Assembly (NCBI GenBank): GCA_010015585.1
Contig: ML975157.1
Direction: 5' to 3' (one strand)
Length of the DNA stretch: 64,000 bases
From: Eremomyces bilateralis CBS 781.70
Lineage: Eukaryota
In this document: positions 13,131 through 25,700 of the stretch, one piece after another
How positions within the stretch are numbered: the first letter of the stretch is position 1
Layout: the number at the start of each line of letters is the position of its first letter
The notes under the pieces: generated by a model
Databases searched by the model: none
What the model saw: the letters and a program-made list of their open reading frames with translations, nothing else
Told to the model about the DNA's origin: nothing
Translations under genes and position numbers: made by a program

Positions 13131-14628
13131 ATGAGCTTTGCTCCACCCTTCCAAGGTCAGCAGAATATGGACGACGGTTCTGCTGCTGGTTCTGTTGGCA
13201 TGCCGCCTCAGCAACCTCAAGTCGGTCAGCCGATTGAGAGCGCCGCTGGTCAATTCCCTGGCGCTCCCAACATGACTCCTACTGGACCCGGTGCGGAAGG
13301 CAACCCGGTTGCCGATGGCAAAACCACTCTCTGGTAGGTTCTTGTGGCCCACTTGGTCGGAATTGCCGCGCGCAAATAGGAAATGCTGATGTGCTGTCTA
13401 GGATGGGCGAACTTGAACCATGGATTGATGAGAGCTTCGTGCGTAGCTTGTGGTTCGGCATGGGCGAGCAGGTCAATGTCAAGATGATCCGCGACAAGTT
13501 CTCGGGGTACGTTCTTCCCACTCATCATGCCCCGCCCTTGATGAGTTTACTGTCGATAATGCGATGAAATATCATTTCTAATAACACTTAAATAGCAGCA
13601 ACGCGGGCTATTGCTTCGTCGACTTTACCAGCCCCGAAGCTGCGGCCAAGGCCTTGTCCTTGAACGGCACTGTCATCCCCAACTCCAACCGGACCTTCAA
13701 GCTCAACTGGGCCTCTGGTGGCGGTCTTGCCGATCGCAGGTGAGTTATCCGACGCCAATTCCCATTCCCGTGGTCACATCTAACGATTTAGCGACAGGGA
13801 TGACCGCAGCCCCGAGTACTCCATCTTCGTCGGTGATCTCGGCCCGGAAGTCAACGAATACTCGCTCTTCCAAATCTTCCAGCAGAAGTATCCTTCTTGC
13901 AAGTCCGCGAAAATCATGACCGACCCCATCACCGGCTCGTCGCGCGGTTACGGCTTCGTTCGCTTCTCTGACCCCAAGCATCAGCAGAGCGCGCTCACCG
14001 AGATGCAAGGCGTCTTCTGCGGCAATCGACCCATGCGCATCTCTACCGCCACCCCCAAGAACAAGGGCGGTCCTGCTGCGCCTGGTCCTGGCGGTCCCGG
14101 TGGTCCCGGCGGTCCCGGAGGTCCACCCATGGGAATGCAAGGCGGTCCCGTCGGCATGTACCAGATGGGTGCCCCGCCTATGGGATACTACGGAGCTCCT
14201 CAGCCGATGAACCAGTTCACCGATCCCAATAACACCACCGTTTTCGTCGGCGGCCTTTCGGGATACGTCACCGAAGATGAGTTGCGCTCATTCTTCCAGG
14301 GATTCGGCGAGATCACCTACGTCAAGATCCCCCCGGGCAAGGGTTGCGGGTTCGTGCAGTTTGTCCAACGCCACGCGGCCGAGATGGCGATCAACCAGAT
14401 GCAAGGTTATCCGATTGGCAATTCTCGCGTTCGCCTGAGCTGGGGACGCTCCCAGAACAACAGCGGTCCGGCCGGAACCCCTTACCGTCCGGCACCTCCC
14501 CCACCGGTCTATCCGTCCATGGGCATGGCTCCCCAGCATCCCTATGGAAGCTTTGCGCCAATGAAGGTATGTATCAGCACCACCCCGTGCCCCAACCGGT
14601 GAATATCATGCTGATGTCTTAACAGTAA
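13131..14628 (+). CDS. NAM8: NAM8/NGR1/Csx1-like triple-RRM RNA-binding protein
   Basis: RRM1 TTLWMGELEPWIDE...NAGYCFVDF...FKLNWA, RRM2 EYSIFVGDL...SRGYGFVRF...RPMRISTATPK, RRM3 DPNNTTVFVGGL...GKGCGFVQF...RVRLSWG. Introns ~13334-13401, ~13507-13595/13598, 13740-13797 and 14567-14625. The last exon begins with TAA. Confidence 0.9.
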
Positions 14629-15139
14629 GCGCACAACGTCAATTCATTCCGTCGATGCCCCTCCCTTGCCTGCTCGCTCCCATTCGCGTGGAAGCAAGGG
14701 CGAAACCATGCTGATTCTTTTGCAAACCCCGCCACTCGCACTTCCCCTGGCCCCCACAGCACACATTAACTGCCCCATGCCCTCCCTTTCCTTTCAAGTT
14801 CCCTTTCCCGACCCCAGGTCATGACGAACGTCCGGACTCGCTATGATACGCTCGAACGGTTGGATCGGATGGGCGGTGACTGCATTTTCGTCGTTTTTTA
14901 CTTTGCCTTCTCTTCGTTTTCTGCACCTTGCTATTTTCCCATTATTTGCTACCTTCTTGCTTTTCACCCTTTCTTTCACGGCCCTCACGACCACCGAGCG
15001 CCTGGAAGCAAAAGCACGCGCCATCCTCATGGCGCACCGCATTCACACTTCGGTTTTCCCCTCTTTTTCGTTTCACCAATTGTTTCATCTCACTTTCTTC
15101 TGTACTTTCACACCCATGACACCCGGATCAGAACACTCG

Positions 15140-15168
15140 CACACACACACACACACACACAGACACAC
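15140..15168. repeat. (CA)n microsatellite
   Basis: About 10 perfect CA units followed by a degenerate tail, in the 3' region of the NAM8-like gene. Confidence 0.9.
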
Positions 15169-16271
15169 GATTGCAACCCTACCTTTCTTTACACACTCAT
15201 AGCTTAGACTTGAGGGGCCAGCAACATGGCGTGTATAAGGAGTTCAGCCAATTGAATTCCAGTTAGTGAAGGAAAAAAGCCCCTTTTTTTCTTACTTTCC
15301 TCCTCTCCTAACGGCCGTGTTATACCCCAATTCAAGCGCTGAATCCCGGGGTTTGCAATATCGATGCAGGGAGCAATCCTCATGCCCTTTTTTGATCATG
15401 TCATTTCCCCTCTCTTTCCTCCACAGTCGCCGGGTCGAATTTGCGGCGGAGATCGTTTCGACGGTTTTCGCAGTGCAAGACGAACGGTCCGACAAGTGGC
15501 AGGTGGCGAGGGATTTCTAGCATACCAATCAGGGCGAGCCTCCCCGTTTTCCTTACTTTCATATGCTGGGCAGGCAGCGATGCTTTTCATGGTTTCTCGG
15601 ATCGACGGAGGACACACATCACACTATCGAGATCCTCCCCCTCCCCCACTACCCCTTTTCTTTCTTTCAATTATCCGACACGATGAGGGGCGCCGACGGA
15701 ATGGTGGACCTCTCAACTCTCATGGGGGAAGATACCACGACGCGGAATAAAAACGAGGTCGATTGCATGTAACTAGCGTGAACCACACCAGCAACTGGGG
15801 TGCTACTATCGTTTTCACCATTCTCTCTCAGTCCATTTTGTCTGCCGTTGTTGAATTACGCCGTTCATTTGACCTTGACTTCCGCTTTCCGGTTCCCTTT
15901 CGCGATGAACCCCCTCGAGCGGATCCGCGTCGCCGATCCCACTTCTTTGCCTGCGCTGTGTGGGCTCTGCGCTTGCGTCGTCGCCTTTAGATTCTTCCCA
16001 CTTTCCACGTTGTCCTTTTTCCATCTTCCTCGCAGTCCAAATTCTGACATTCATCCCTTTCGCTTCCGATTTGGAAAATGCCGCCATTGCAGTCACCTCT
16101 ATCCGTCCGACCATTCAACCGCCCCGGCAAGCGATCCTCCTCTGGCCGTCCGTCTCTGGATCCTCCCCTCCCGGCCTCCTGCTGATTTCTCCATCTCCTT
16201 GCTCGCATTCCGCCGTCCTCTCGCATCCACAACATTCATCGCACCCACCGCAGAAACTAACTTCCTCCCAG

Positions 16272-16506
16272 CCCCGCCGCCGCCCACTCCCACCAACACC
16301 CACCGCTCCACCCTCTCGGCCTCCCTGCGACCGCTCCCGCCAACGCCACCCCCGCCCCCGGCGAGATCAACCGCGCCGACCTCCCCTCGCCGCTGCAGCC
16401 GCTGACCGCAGACGAGATGAACCGCGTCGACGAGGTGCAGCGACAGGCGTTGCGAGATCGGTTGGAGGAGGGGGGGATGGGGTGGGTCGGGGTAATGGGG
16501 CAATGA
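16272..16506 (+). CDS. candidate terminal exon of a small unannotated gene
   Basis: An ACTAAC branch point and CAG acceptor at 16271 precede a strongly GC3-biased frame (...PGEINRADLPSPLQPLTADEMNRVDEVQRQALRDRLEEGGMGWVGVMGQ*). No convincing upstream donor found. Confidence 0.3.
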
Positions 16507-16974
16507 GGACAGCGATAGGAACGGTCGGCGGTAAAAGTACCTTATCGGAATGTTTGGAGCGGGATCGTGGATCCGCGTGGGTGTCGTTAGGATATCTGGA
16601 AATCATAGGATTTAGGGAGGACGCGGATTTGGTCCACAGCGTGGAGCTACGTGATTGGAATTTGGCTATTGCCACATGTATGAAGCTGGGTCTTGCAGCG
16701 CTCAGTTGCAGGGTAATAATGTAAGTCAGGTGTCGTTCTTTCGAGGATCTACTTCACTTGATGAACTGAAGCTGGCATTCCAGCTACGCATGCGTGAAAA
16801 TGCCCACGGAAGCCTAGCGCTCATACAAACGCCCCGATCAACTCTGACTCCGCCGTTCACCTCACAAATCCCATCCACTCCCTCCAGTCCTATTCGTCTT
16901 CATCCTCGTCGTTTCGATCGATTCCCCCGATTCTCCCTATGGACCTTATCATCCCCCTCGTCTAGCCACCCGCC

Positions 16975-17538
16975 ATGGACACCGAAAACCTAGCAACCAT
17001 CGTCCTACAGGGCCACGTGGACAAACTCATCATCGAACGCGCGATCACGAACGCGCTCGAGCTGGGATTCGAGGACGCGTTCATCGTCGAGTCGGAGACG
17101 CCCTCGCGTGCGGCCAGTCCGTGCGAATTCTTCAACCACGTACCACCAGCGATCACTTGTCGTGTGGCGACGCAGGTGTATACGGAGACGGGAGCGTTGA
17201 CGGAGCTGAAGGCGTGCGAGTTTGTCGCGAGGAGGCGTACGTTGAGTTCATTGAAGGATTGGGTTGGGACTCTCGATTGACGCATACGAGCAGTCACCGA
17301 TGAAGTCGATTCTCCAGCGTCGGAGCTGTGGTCGAAACCGCCCAGCATATCAACGTCCGAGGCAAGGACCACCTCGAGTGATGCAACACCTCGACGACTG
17401 GGTGAACGAGAGAATTTCAGGGTGCCTGGATCGTATGCGACAGATATCCGGCCGATCGGTGGGAGACGCGCCTCTACGGTGCCATGGTTCTATGAAGGAG
17501 AAGACCCGTGGTTCATTATGGCCATATGGTACGTGTGA
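16975..17538 (+). CDS. hypothetical protein (two or more exons)
   Basis: GCCATGG start context and GC3-rich codons. An intron from GTACGT (17237) to CAG (17293) keeps the frame open to TGA at ~17538. The 3' end is uncertain. Confidence 0.4.
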
Positions 17539-18479
17539 AATGAGTGCGGTACATATTCTCCATCGACTTCATCTGCCGGAAGGCAAGCAAGTGCGAACGG
17601 TTCGGCATGTCGTCCTCCCGGTGGTGGATGATGAAATGACGGATGAGGCGGGTTTCTATATTGATACGGTTTTTGGCATGTCCTAACATAGCCCAAGTGC
17701 CTAAGTATACCGCACTGAGTTCTATACCAGTCCTGGCAGGGGAATTCCTATTTTTATATCGACACCTTATCCGACCTTCGGGTTGGGATGCTCACACACC
17801 ACACCGACTGAACTCCAATTCTTTGAGACTGAATCTGACATGCAATTAGTTCAGCGGTTTCATTTGTGGCTGGCATGTTTATAGCCGTATGGTTATATGA
17901 GAATTGAGTCATGGAGGTGAGCCGAATTGTTCGGGTACTTGAGAGCGATTGAGACGACTCGGGGTCAAACGGAGAGATCGAGATTGTTGTATTGTATGTA
18001 CATACCTACTTGCTGTGGTAGGCATGGCTAGTTTAGGGCAAGGCGTGCAATATGATAACGGTTAATCGTAATTTAAATCTAGAGGGAAACTATGTAGATG
18101 ATATCAATGCGCAGTCATATGCTAACCTACCTTAAGATTTATCACTGGATAAACTCGTTTGAACCTCCTGCCTGTCCATTCTCCGTACTCTCTAGATCGA
18201 GTTGAACCATCCCTTTCGTGTCCTCAACTCACTCTCAAGACAATAGATCAGCAAATTTCGGAGTTCACCAAGTGCAATATTTCTTCTCAAGCCCCGAGAA
18301 TCAGCCTCTAGGTTTAGATGTTAGGGCTTCGAGTCGTCCAATAGGAAATTGTGAATGTTGAGCTCTTAAATAAATTCTCAGGAACCATAGGACTCGAATC
18401 CTAATTCCTACAGGCCTGAACGCCACGATATTGGACCTATATTTGACCTATATTTGACGTATGCTTGTAAGTAGATTCA

Positions 18480-20751
18480 ATGTCCACGTTCAACGGAATC
18501 GTCGAAGGTTGGTATTTATCCTTAACATGATGGTGTTGAAATGAACTATGTTGCTCACTCAGAACAGAGTTCCCATATATCCGAATTGACAACTTCCGGA
18601 AATGGCCTGACGCTTCACCTCCTCTCGCATGTTTCTTAAGCCATGTGCATTCAGACCATCTCCTTGGCTTGGAGAGTTTGAAAGCCCCCTTCATTTACTG
18701 CTCGCCGGCAACCCGAGAGGTAACATCCCTCATTTCCATTCCTAGCACCGACCCCCTTGGATTCCATACCAATGCGGTGCGCATTGGTTAACATGGTCTA
18801 GATACTTCTTCGGCTCGAGAAATATCCTCATCGGCTGAACTTTGCAAAGGGGATACTCGAGCAGCGGTTACAGAGCTATGGTCATTTGAAGAAGCTCTTG
18901 AAGCCGATCCCGCTGGACACGTCGTGCGTGCTCCAACTGACCCCCCAAATCTGGATTCGGGTAACCCTCTTCGATGCCAATCATTGCATCGGTGCCGTCG
19001 GTTTTCTGATCGAAGGACTGGGCCAGGATGCCGGGAAGACAATTCTATACTCGGGAGATGTACGCGCGGAGCGGTGGTGGGTCGACTCACTTGCGCGAAA
19101 GCCGTACATGATTCCTTATATATCGCCGTCCTTTGGTCGACCGACGAACGATCGTCATAGTGACCGGAAAATTATGGATGATGCTGCTGACCCAGAAAAC
19201 GGGGCAGCCGTATATCGACCGAATATACTATCAACACTGTATCTGGACACGACGTTTGCGACCACGAGTTTGCCATTCTATCGAGAGTTTCCATCTAAAG
19301 CTTCCGGGATATCTGAATTGCTCCGAAAATGTGCAGAGTTCCCTCCGAAAACCATCTTCTATCTACGAGCATGGACATTTGGTTATGAGGATGTATTCCA
19401 GGCTCTTTCAACCGCGCTCAACTCAAGGATTCACTTGGACAAATATCGCTACAATCTATACACGTCTGTTTCCAAGGCTTCCATCGCCACTAACGAAGCA
19501 CCCTGTTTAGCAGGATATCGACTCGGTAATCATGAGGTGGAGGGGTGTCTAACAAGGACGACGGATGGAGTACGAATCCATGCCTGCGAGATTGGTATGG
19601 ATAGCTGCGCTATTCGCAAGAAACTAGACAGCGGGGAAGTGGTGGGGATTGTGCCGATTATCTCTCGGATAGATGAAGGGTCCGAGATTCTGGAAGTGGG
19701 TGCAGGCGGCGGGATAGGGGACCTGGATCAGGAGGCAGAAGGAAACTTGGAAGTTGAGTTGGATGCCGGATCTTTGGACAAGCTCAGACAACTCCTGTCA
19801 GAGAAGCTTAAGAATGAAAGCAAGAGGCTCAAGGTGTTCGCACTCCTTGAGCAGTCGTTGGAGAAGCTTCCTGATGGAAGAGCGAAGCTCGACTTGGCCC
19901 GCATCTTCCAAGAATCGACAACACAAATCGAGCTAGATAGACTGGTGCTGGACGGTATGCCTCTCAAGCATCTTGTTGAGATCATCCCACGATCGGTCGA
20001 AGCGGGGCTTGAAGGCGTTACGAAGGTTGGGGATGCGATAAAGAAAGGTCAAAATATTTCAACAGGAGGCAATGGGGAACAGTCACGGAAGCGAAGGACG
20101 ATCAGTTTCCCATACTCTCGACACAGCTCCCTTTCGGAGTTGCAGTATTTCGTCTCTGCGTTCCGGCCCGAAGAAGTGTACCCATGCACGGTGGAACTGG
20201 CGGCCTGGACGGAAGATGTCTGCATCGATGCCCTCTTCGGCCACCTGTGCGATGACGACGGCGCCGAGTTCCGAGCCGACGCTGAAATGAGGGCGCGGAT
20301 CAAGGAAAAGGAGGAGTATCGGATTGATAAGAGCCGTAAGAGACAGCGCCTGCGGGAGACATCACAAGAACGGCACCAAAGTTCGAGCCCGGTCCTCGAG
20401 AACGAACGTGAGGGCCAGGGAATCATACAGGCCAGCAGGGGAGATCGGAACCCCGAGAATGCGGGCGTCGCAGAGAGATCGGGGTGTCAATGGAGAAGCG
20501 AGATTTCAGTGGCTGTTGCCAAGGGCGAGTTCATCCCGATCTCCGATGACGAGGAGCAGGAGTCTAGCGGACGCACCATAACGCGTCAGCAAAAAGAACC
20601 GACACCACCGCAGCTCCGAACCACACGTCAATGGGCATATGAGGCGGCTTTAGGCAGGGATGGACTTGCGTGGGAGGATATGGGCGAGCTGGCATGCACG
20701 AGGAAGCGGAAGCCAGACGAATCACAGTTGGATAGTGAGGAGGAGCTGTGA
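18480..20751 (+). CDS. Artemis/SNM1-family metallo-beta-lactamase DNA repair nuclease
   Basis: Spliced N-terminus MSTFNGIVE|EFPYIRIDNFR...ACFLSHVHSDHLLGL (HxHxDH), followed by DANHCIGAVGFLIEG, ILYSGDVRAE, LYLDTTF, WTFGYED and FPYSRHSSLSEL (beta-CASP). Two 5' introns. Confidence 0.92.
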
Positions 20752-21009
20752 TTCTACTTCGCATTTTAGGACATGGCCGGATAGCGGCGTGTCTTATCGT
20801 CGTTTCTTCATTACCATCATCGCTGATGCGCGTGGTCATAAAACGCTGCCGGTTGGGGTCCGGTGCTCGCGTTCTTCATGGCGGCATGGAACGGTCATGA
20901 AGTTGCCTGTAGACGGGAGGATGGCGATCTCTCGCGACTTTTACCACGACCTACTAGATATCCGGATAGCGAAGGTGTCGAGATCGATATGCAAGCTTCC
21001 AGCCTGCAA

Positions 21010-21996
21010 TCATCTGCCCCTTGCCCGCATTTTTCTCCCCCCTCTTGCATTGAACCCCCCTCTCGCCGTCTCCGTCTCCCTCGCATCGACTTCCATCCCC
21101 TCGTCCACGTCATCCAACTCCATCCCCTCCCCCGCCTTCCGCGCCTTCGCCTTCGTCTTCCCAAACCGACGCGTTTCCACTTCCCGATCCAATGCCGCCA
21201 TCTTCTCACTCACCGCCACCTTCCGTGCCATTTCCGCCTCCTGCCTCCGCGCCGCCGCGACCTTGACCGCCCGAATCTCCAATTCCAGCTTCGTGGTTAC
21301 CGATTGCGTGCGCTCGCGCCACGCGGTGAGTTCGCTCATGACTTCGATGGTGTCTTGTGGGGTGATCGTTGAGGGCGTCGCCGTGTCGTTGGACACGTCC
21401 ATCGCCTCCGTGCCGGGAGGTGCACCGCCCAAGCTCCCCGGTCGCAGATCGCGGCAGCAGCTGGCGGAACTGACTATCACGCGCTGGGAAGCCGGGTCGA
21501 GCTTCGCGTCGAGGAGATCTTCGTATATTGCGGCAATGACGAGGTCTTCGAGGTCTCGGATTGAGGAGAGGGAGAGGGAGTGAAGGAGAGCGGGGTAGGT
21601 GAGAAAGGAATGTCGGTGGGATGATGAGAGGAGGGTCAATAGTTGGAGCTTGCGTGTCTGCTGGTCGGAGAGGGAGGGGAGGTTGAGGGTAGTAGCTTTC
21701 TCTGAAACACGCATTAGCCATGTTTCCCCGTTCCATGGACAATTACCAAATGCTCATGTACCTTGATACTCCGCTAAAGTTCCCCATGCAAACAGCTCCA
21801 GCAGGCGTAGATGACCTTCATACTGCGTCCCTTGGAGACCCTGTATTGACTGGCAGTGGAGCAGTTCGGCAAACACATAGGTGTTCAGGGCGGATGTGGC
21901 TTGGGTTATGATATCTGCCGCAGCTCGAGGAGCTGTCACGGATTTGGCGAGGGCCAGGTAGGAAGCGAGGGCGTTCACAGCTCGAGATTGATCCAT
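21010..21996 (-). CDS. CSN7: COP9 signalosome subunit 7 (PCI domain)
   Basis: PRAAADIITQATSALNTYVFAELL and LRLLELFAWGTLAEY, an intron at ~21761-21702, then RKLQLLTLL...IRDLEDLVIAAIYEDLLDAKLDP...RDLRPG. Confidence 0.9.
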
Positions 21997-22747
21997 GGTG
22001 AGGAAAATCGGTGGATGGATAGGGGAGAAAGGTTAGCTGTAGTGGAAATGAAAGAAGAGGTGATAGAGGATCTCTGGTCTTTTGTGAATGTGGGGAGAAC
22101 GGAGGTTGCACGGAGGAGCTGGGGAAGCCGCCACCCTGACTCCTGCCCTGACTACGTTGGTGCCTGAACCTTCTCACTTCCACAGCTTCATCCTTTCCTA
22201 CTTTTTATATCCTCTCGTCAATGCATCCCCTAGGACTGAGAGAGCATGCTGAACTAATACCGAATTAGGTAAGCATACTAGGGGAGAAACAGCTACTAAG
22301 CAATGCTCATCTCTCGTACTTCCATATCAAAGTAGCAAACAGCTATTCTCCTTGGCACGGCCTGTCCTCGTAGCCTAGCTGCAGCATGAGCATGACCGGA
22401 TTCACATTGAACCTGAAAGCTCTTCTCATTGGGCAAATATAATTATGTCTGGATTGCATGTGGACTGTCATTTGTATCCGTTTGAAGGCGTATTCCCATG
22501 AGCTTAAGGCACTTCACCTTGGAAGATCGGCGAAACGTGACAGTTCACTATAGGGGTGTAGAAAGCCGTTCTGTTCTAGAAGCTTCGTGCTTCACTTTTG
22601 CTGTCACTTCCTTCAGTATTCTTTAGTATTTGTCATTATGCTGTACTATTCATTCTTTTTCCTTCGACTGGCTCGCTGTACTTCAATCCATCAACCATCC
22701 CTGGTCTTTATAACAGATCTATACACCTATCACTTCACTCGGCACAG

Positions 22748-25700
22748 ATGAAGCTGTGGCTCGGTTCTATCTCACCGGACATCCATAATGAGGACCTCCA
22801 GAAGGCAATCAACGGCAGTCTGAGACCCTTTGGCATCGACTGCAGGAAGCTTTCCAGATTCTCGAATGGGACGTCCGCCACATTCTGTGTTTACGATGAC
22901 AACAGAGGCAACGAATTCCTAAGAACCTGGACGGCCGCCACTATCAATCGTCCACGGAGAAATGCGGTATTAGACCTTCGGACCGACACAAGAAAGTTCC
23001 GGGTCTTCTTGAATCGGGCCAAAGTCTCGGACGATGACACGACGCCGCTGGAAATACGGTGTGGAGAATTCGAGTCTACGACGGGAAGACATGAAAATCA
23101 ACCCACGAAAAACCGCGAGTTCCCTCTCACAGCCCTCGCGTGTGGTTACCTGGAGTTTGGCGACGCCGATCGAATGACTTTCGAAGACCATTATGCTTCC
23201 AATCGTACAGGATCTGTTGCATTCGGGAGGTCCTCCCTAAGACTGGAGCTGAATCAGGATGTCCGTGGGTCGGTGTATCGCATCGAGATGTCCTACCAAA
23301 GTGTGGATTGTGTGATACTCAACCCGGATCGTGCAGATCCGTCGGTTATTGTATCCCTGAAATGCGCCCCTCAGATACATTTTGTAACCCCTGATTTTAG
23401 TCTCGGCATGAGTGCTCCCGTTGACCGGGCGGCTCTGGAGGCGACAATGAGTTTCCTATCGATCGAGCCTAAAATGCGAAAACCACGAGCACCCCGTCCC
23501 TCACGCATGACAAACATTGATAACCGACATGCTTCCGTAGCCGGAATGTGCATGGTATATCGCATCTCCCTTTGATCCGCACAAGACAGGCTCACAATCC
23601 AGGAGATCTTAGAGAGGAATGTTGGTGTGCCAGACTGTTACAGTGTAAAACTTGTACATATTTCTCCTCGTTCTTCCTTGGACAAACTGCTTGCGATGAT
23701 CGAGCGCCGTCTTGAGAAAGCAGTGGAGTCCAATCCCCTTCCAGTCACCGTTCGCTTCCAGATCCAAAAGCTTGCAATGAACGGAACCCTCCACCCTGAG
23801 GTTGTTTTGAAACTCGTCGCAGCTATGCCTAAGCTGGTGAACCAGTTCGGTGCCGATGCCGTGGCAGACGCACTGCATCACATCTATCGAACCTGGCCGC
23901 TGCCGAGACCCAATAGCACAGAGCGTGTGACGAGAGAAAAAACAACAAACATGGTGATCGAACGCATGGAAGAGAAAGCTAAAGAAACCACTAGCACTCG
24001 AAGTCGAACGGTATCCCGAGCAAAGAACGAATTCATGATTCACCGCGCTAGAGTGACGCCCAGTGGCATATACCTCGAAGGGCCATTTGTGGAGCCGTCC
24101 AATCGAGTGTTGCGAAAGTATGCTGAGTCGACAAACCATTTCCTACGGGTCGTCTTCAGTGATGAAGACGGAGGGCGCATACAGGTCGACCCAGACTACG
24201 ATGATAGGTCTGATATCCCCGGGAAGTTCCTCTCGGTTATGACTAAGGGGGTTAAGATCTGGGGCGGAAGCTTGTATGAATTCCTTGGGTTCTCCCATTC
24301 ATCCCTCAGGGCTGCTTCGTGCTGGTTCAGTGCACCATTCATCCATGATCGAGGATTGATCCATACACCACACATCATTGCCCAGCTAGGCGACTTCTCC
24401 AAACTCCGATCGCCTGCGAAATGCGCAAGTCGAATTGGACAGGCATTTTCAGACACCACCAAAGCTCTCACACTCCCTAAGTCAATGTACTCTCGCGCCC
24501 TTGACGTAAAGCGGAATGGGTACTGCTTTAGTGACGGGTGCGGTACCATATCTCCGTCTTTGCTTTCCAAGGTCTGGAAAACGTACGGTCTGAGGCAGCC
24601 CGTCAAACCCACGATTCTTCAAATTCGGTTCAACGGTATGTCTGCCCCCAAGTTGTCGAGTACACTCCACTAATGCCGTCGCAAGGGGCGAAGGGTGTCG
24701 TCAGTCTCGACTCATCGAACCCCCAAGAGACGCTGACTCTTCGGCCTTCAATGTGGAAATTCGATGCACCTCACGATTGGGATATCGAAATCTGCGAAGG
24801 AAATTTCAGGCCCGGCCCGGCCTTTCTGAACCATCAGACCATCAAAATTCTGGAAGATCTGGGTGTTCCCACTGCTTCTTTCCTGAAGCTCCAGTCCGAC
24901 GCGATGGCCGAGCTCCAGGCTGTGGCTTGCACTGCCTGGAGAGCATCCGACCTTTGGCTGAAACGGTCATTCTCGGAGGCCGGTGGCGTCCGGACTCTTC
25001 TCGAGACCTGCCAAGTCATGGGCTGTAAAATCGGCGAGGACCCAACGCTCCGAAAGTTGATCGAGTTTGCGATCCTTTTCGAGGTCCGCGAAATGAAGTA
25101 TCGTGGACGTATTCCGGTCAAAGAAGGGTCTCACGTTTTTGGCATTATGGATGAGTACGGGGTCCTGGAGGAAGGCCAGGTTTATGTGGTGTTCGAGAGT
25201 CCCAATACCGGCTGAGAAGTAATTAGCGGTGTCCCAGTCGTTGTGACTCGCGCACCGACACTGTTTCCGGGAGACATCCAAGTTGTCGACGCTATTGATG
25301 TGCCAGAGGATTGCCCACTTCGAGAGCTCTCTAACTGTATCGTCTTCCCACGGAAAGGCGCGCGGGATATTCCTAGCATGCTCTCTGGCGGAGACCTTGA
25401 TGGCGACGAGTTCACCGTGTTCTGGGACTCTCACTTGATACCACCCACGCTCGAACAACCGGCGGACTTCCCTAGAGCCATTGCTCACGATCTTCAACAG
25501 GTCACGAATCAGGATATGGCCGAATTCTTTGTCCGGTTTATGACCAGTGATAAACTCGGCAGCATCGCGACGAAGCATAAGGTTCTCTGCGATCAGAAAC
25601 CTGAAGGAAGCCGCCATGGATACTGTGAGATGCTCGCCAAACTACATTCCGATGCAGTTGACTATAGCAAGAGTGGAGTTCCTGTAAGTTCTATTTTTGG

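Noticed and set aside
14078..14125. 9-bp tandem repeat (GGTCCCGGC-like)
   Set aside because: It encodes a low-complexity GPG linker between RRM2 and RRM3, which is ordinary.
18433..18458. Tandem GACCTATATTT duplication upstream of the Artemis-like ATG (a similar short duplication lies at ~9985-10009)
   Set aside because: Two-copy slippage-type duplications with no evidence of function.
25155..25226. Possible 72-nt in-frame intron removing the second RdRP stop
   Set aside because: It would delete the conserved GVLEEGQVY segment that follows GIMDE, so it was judged unlikely.
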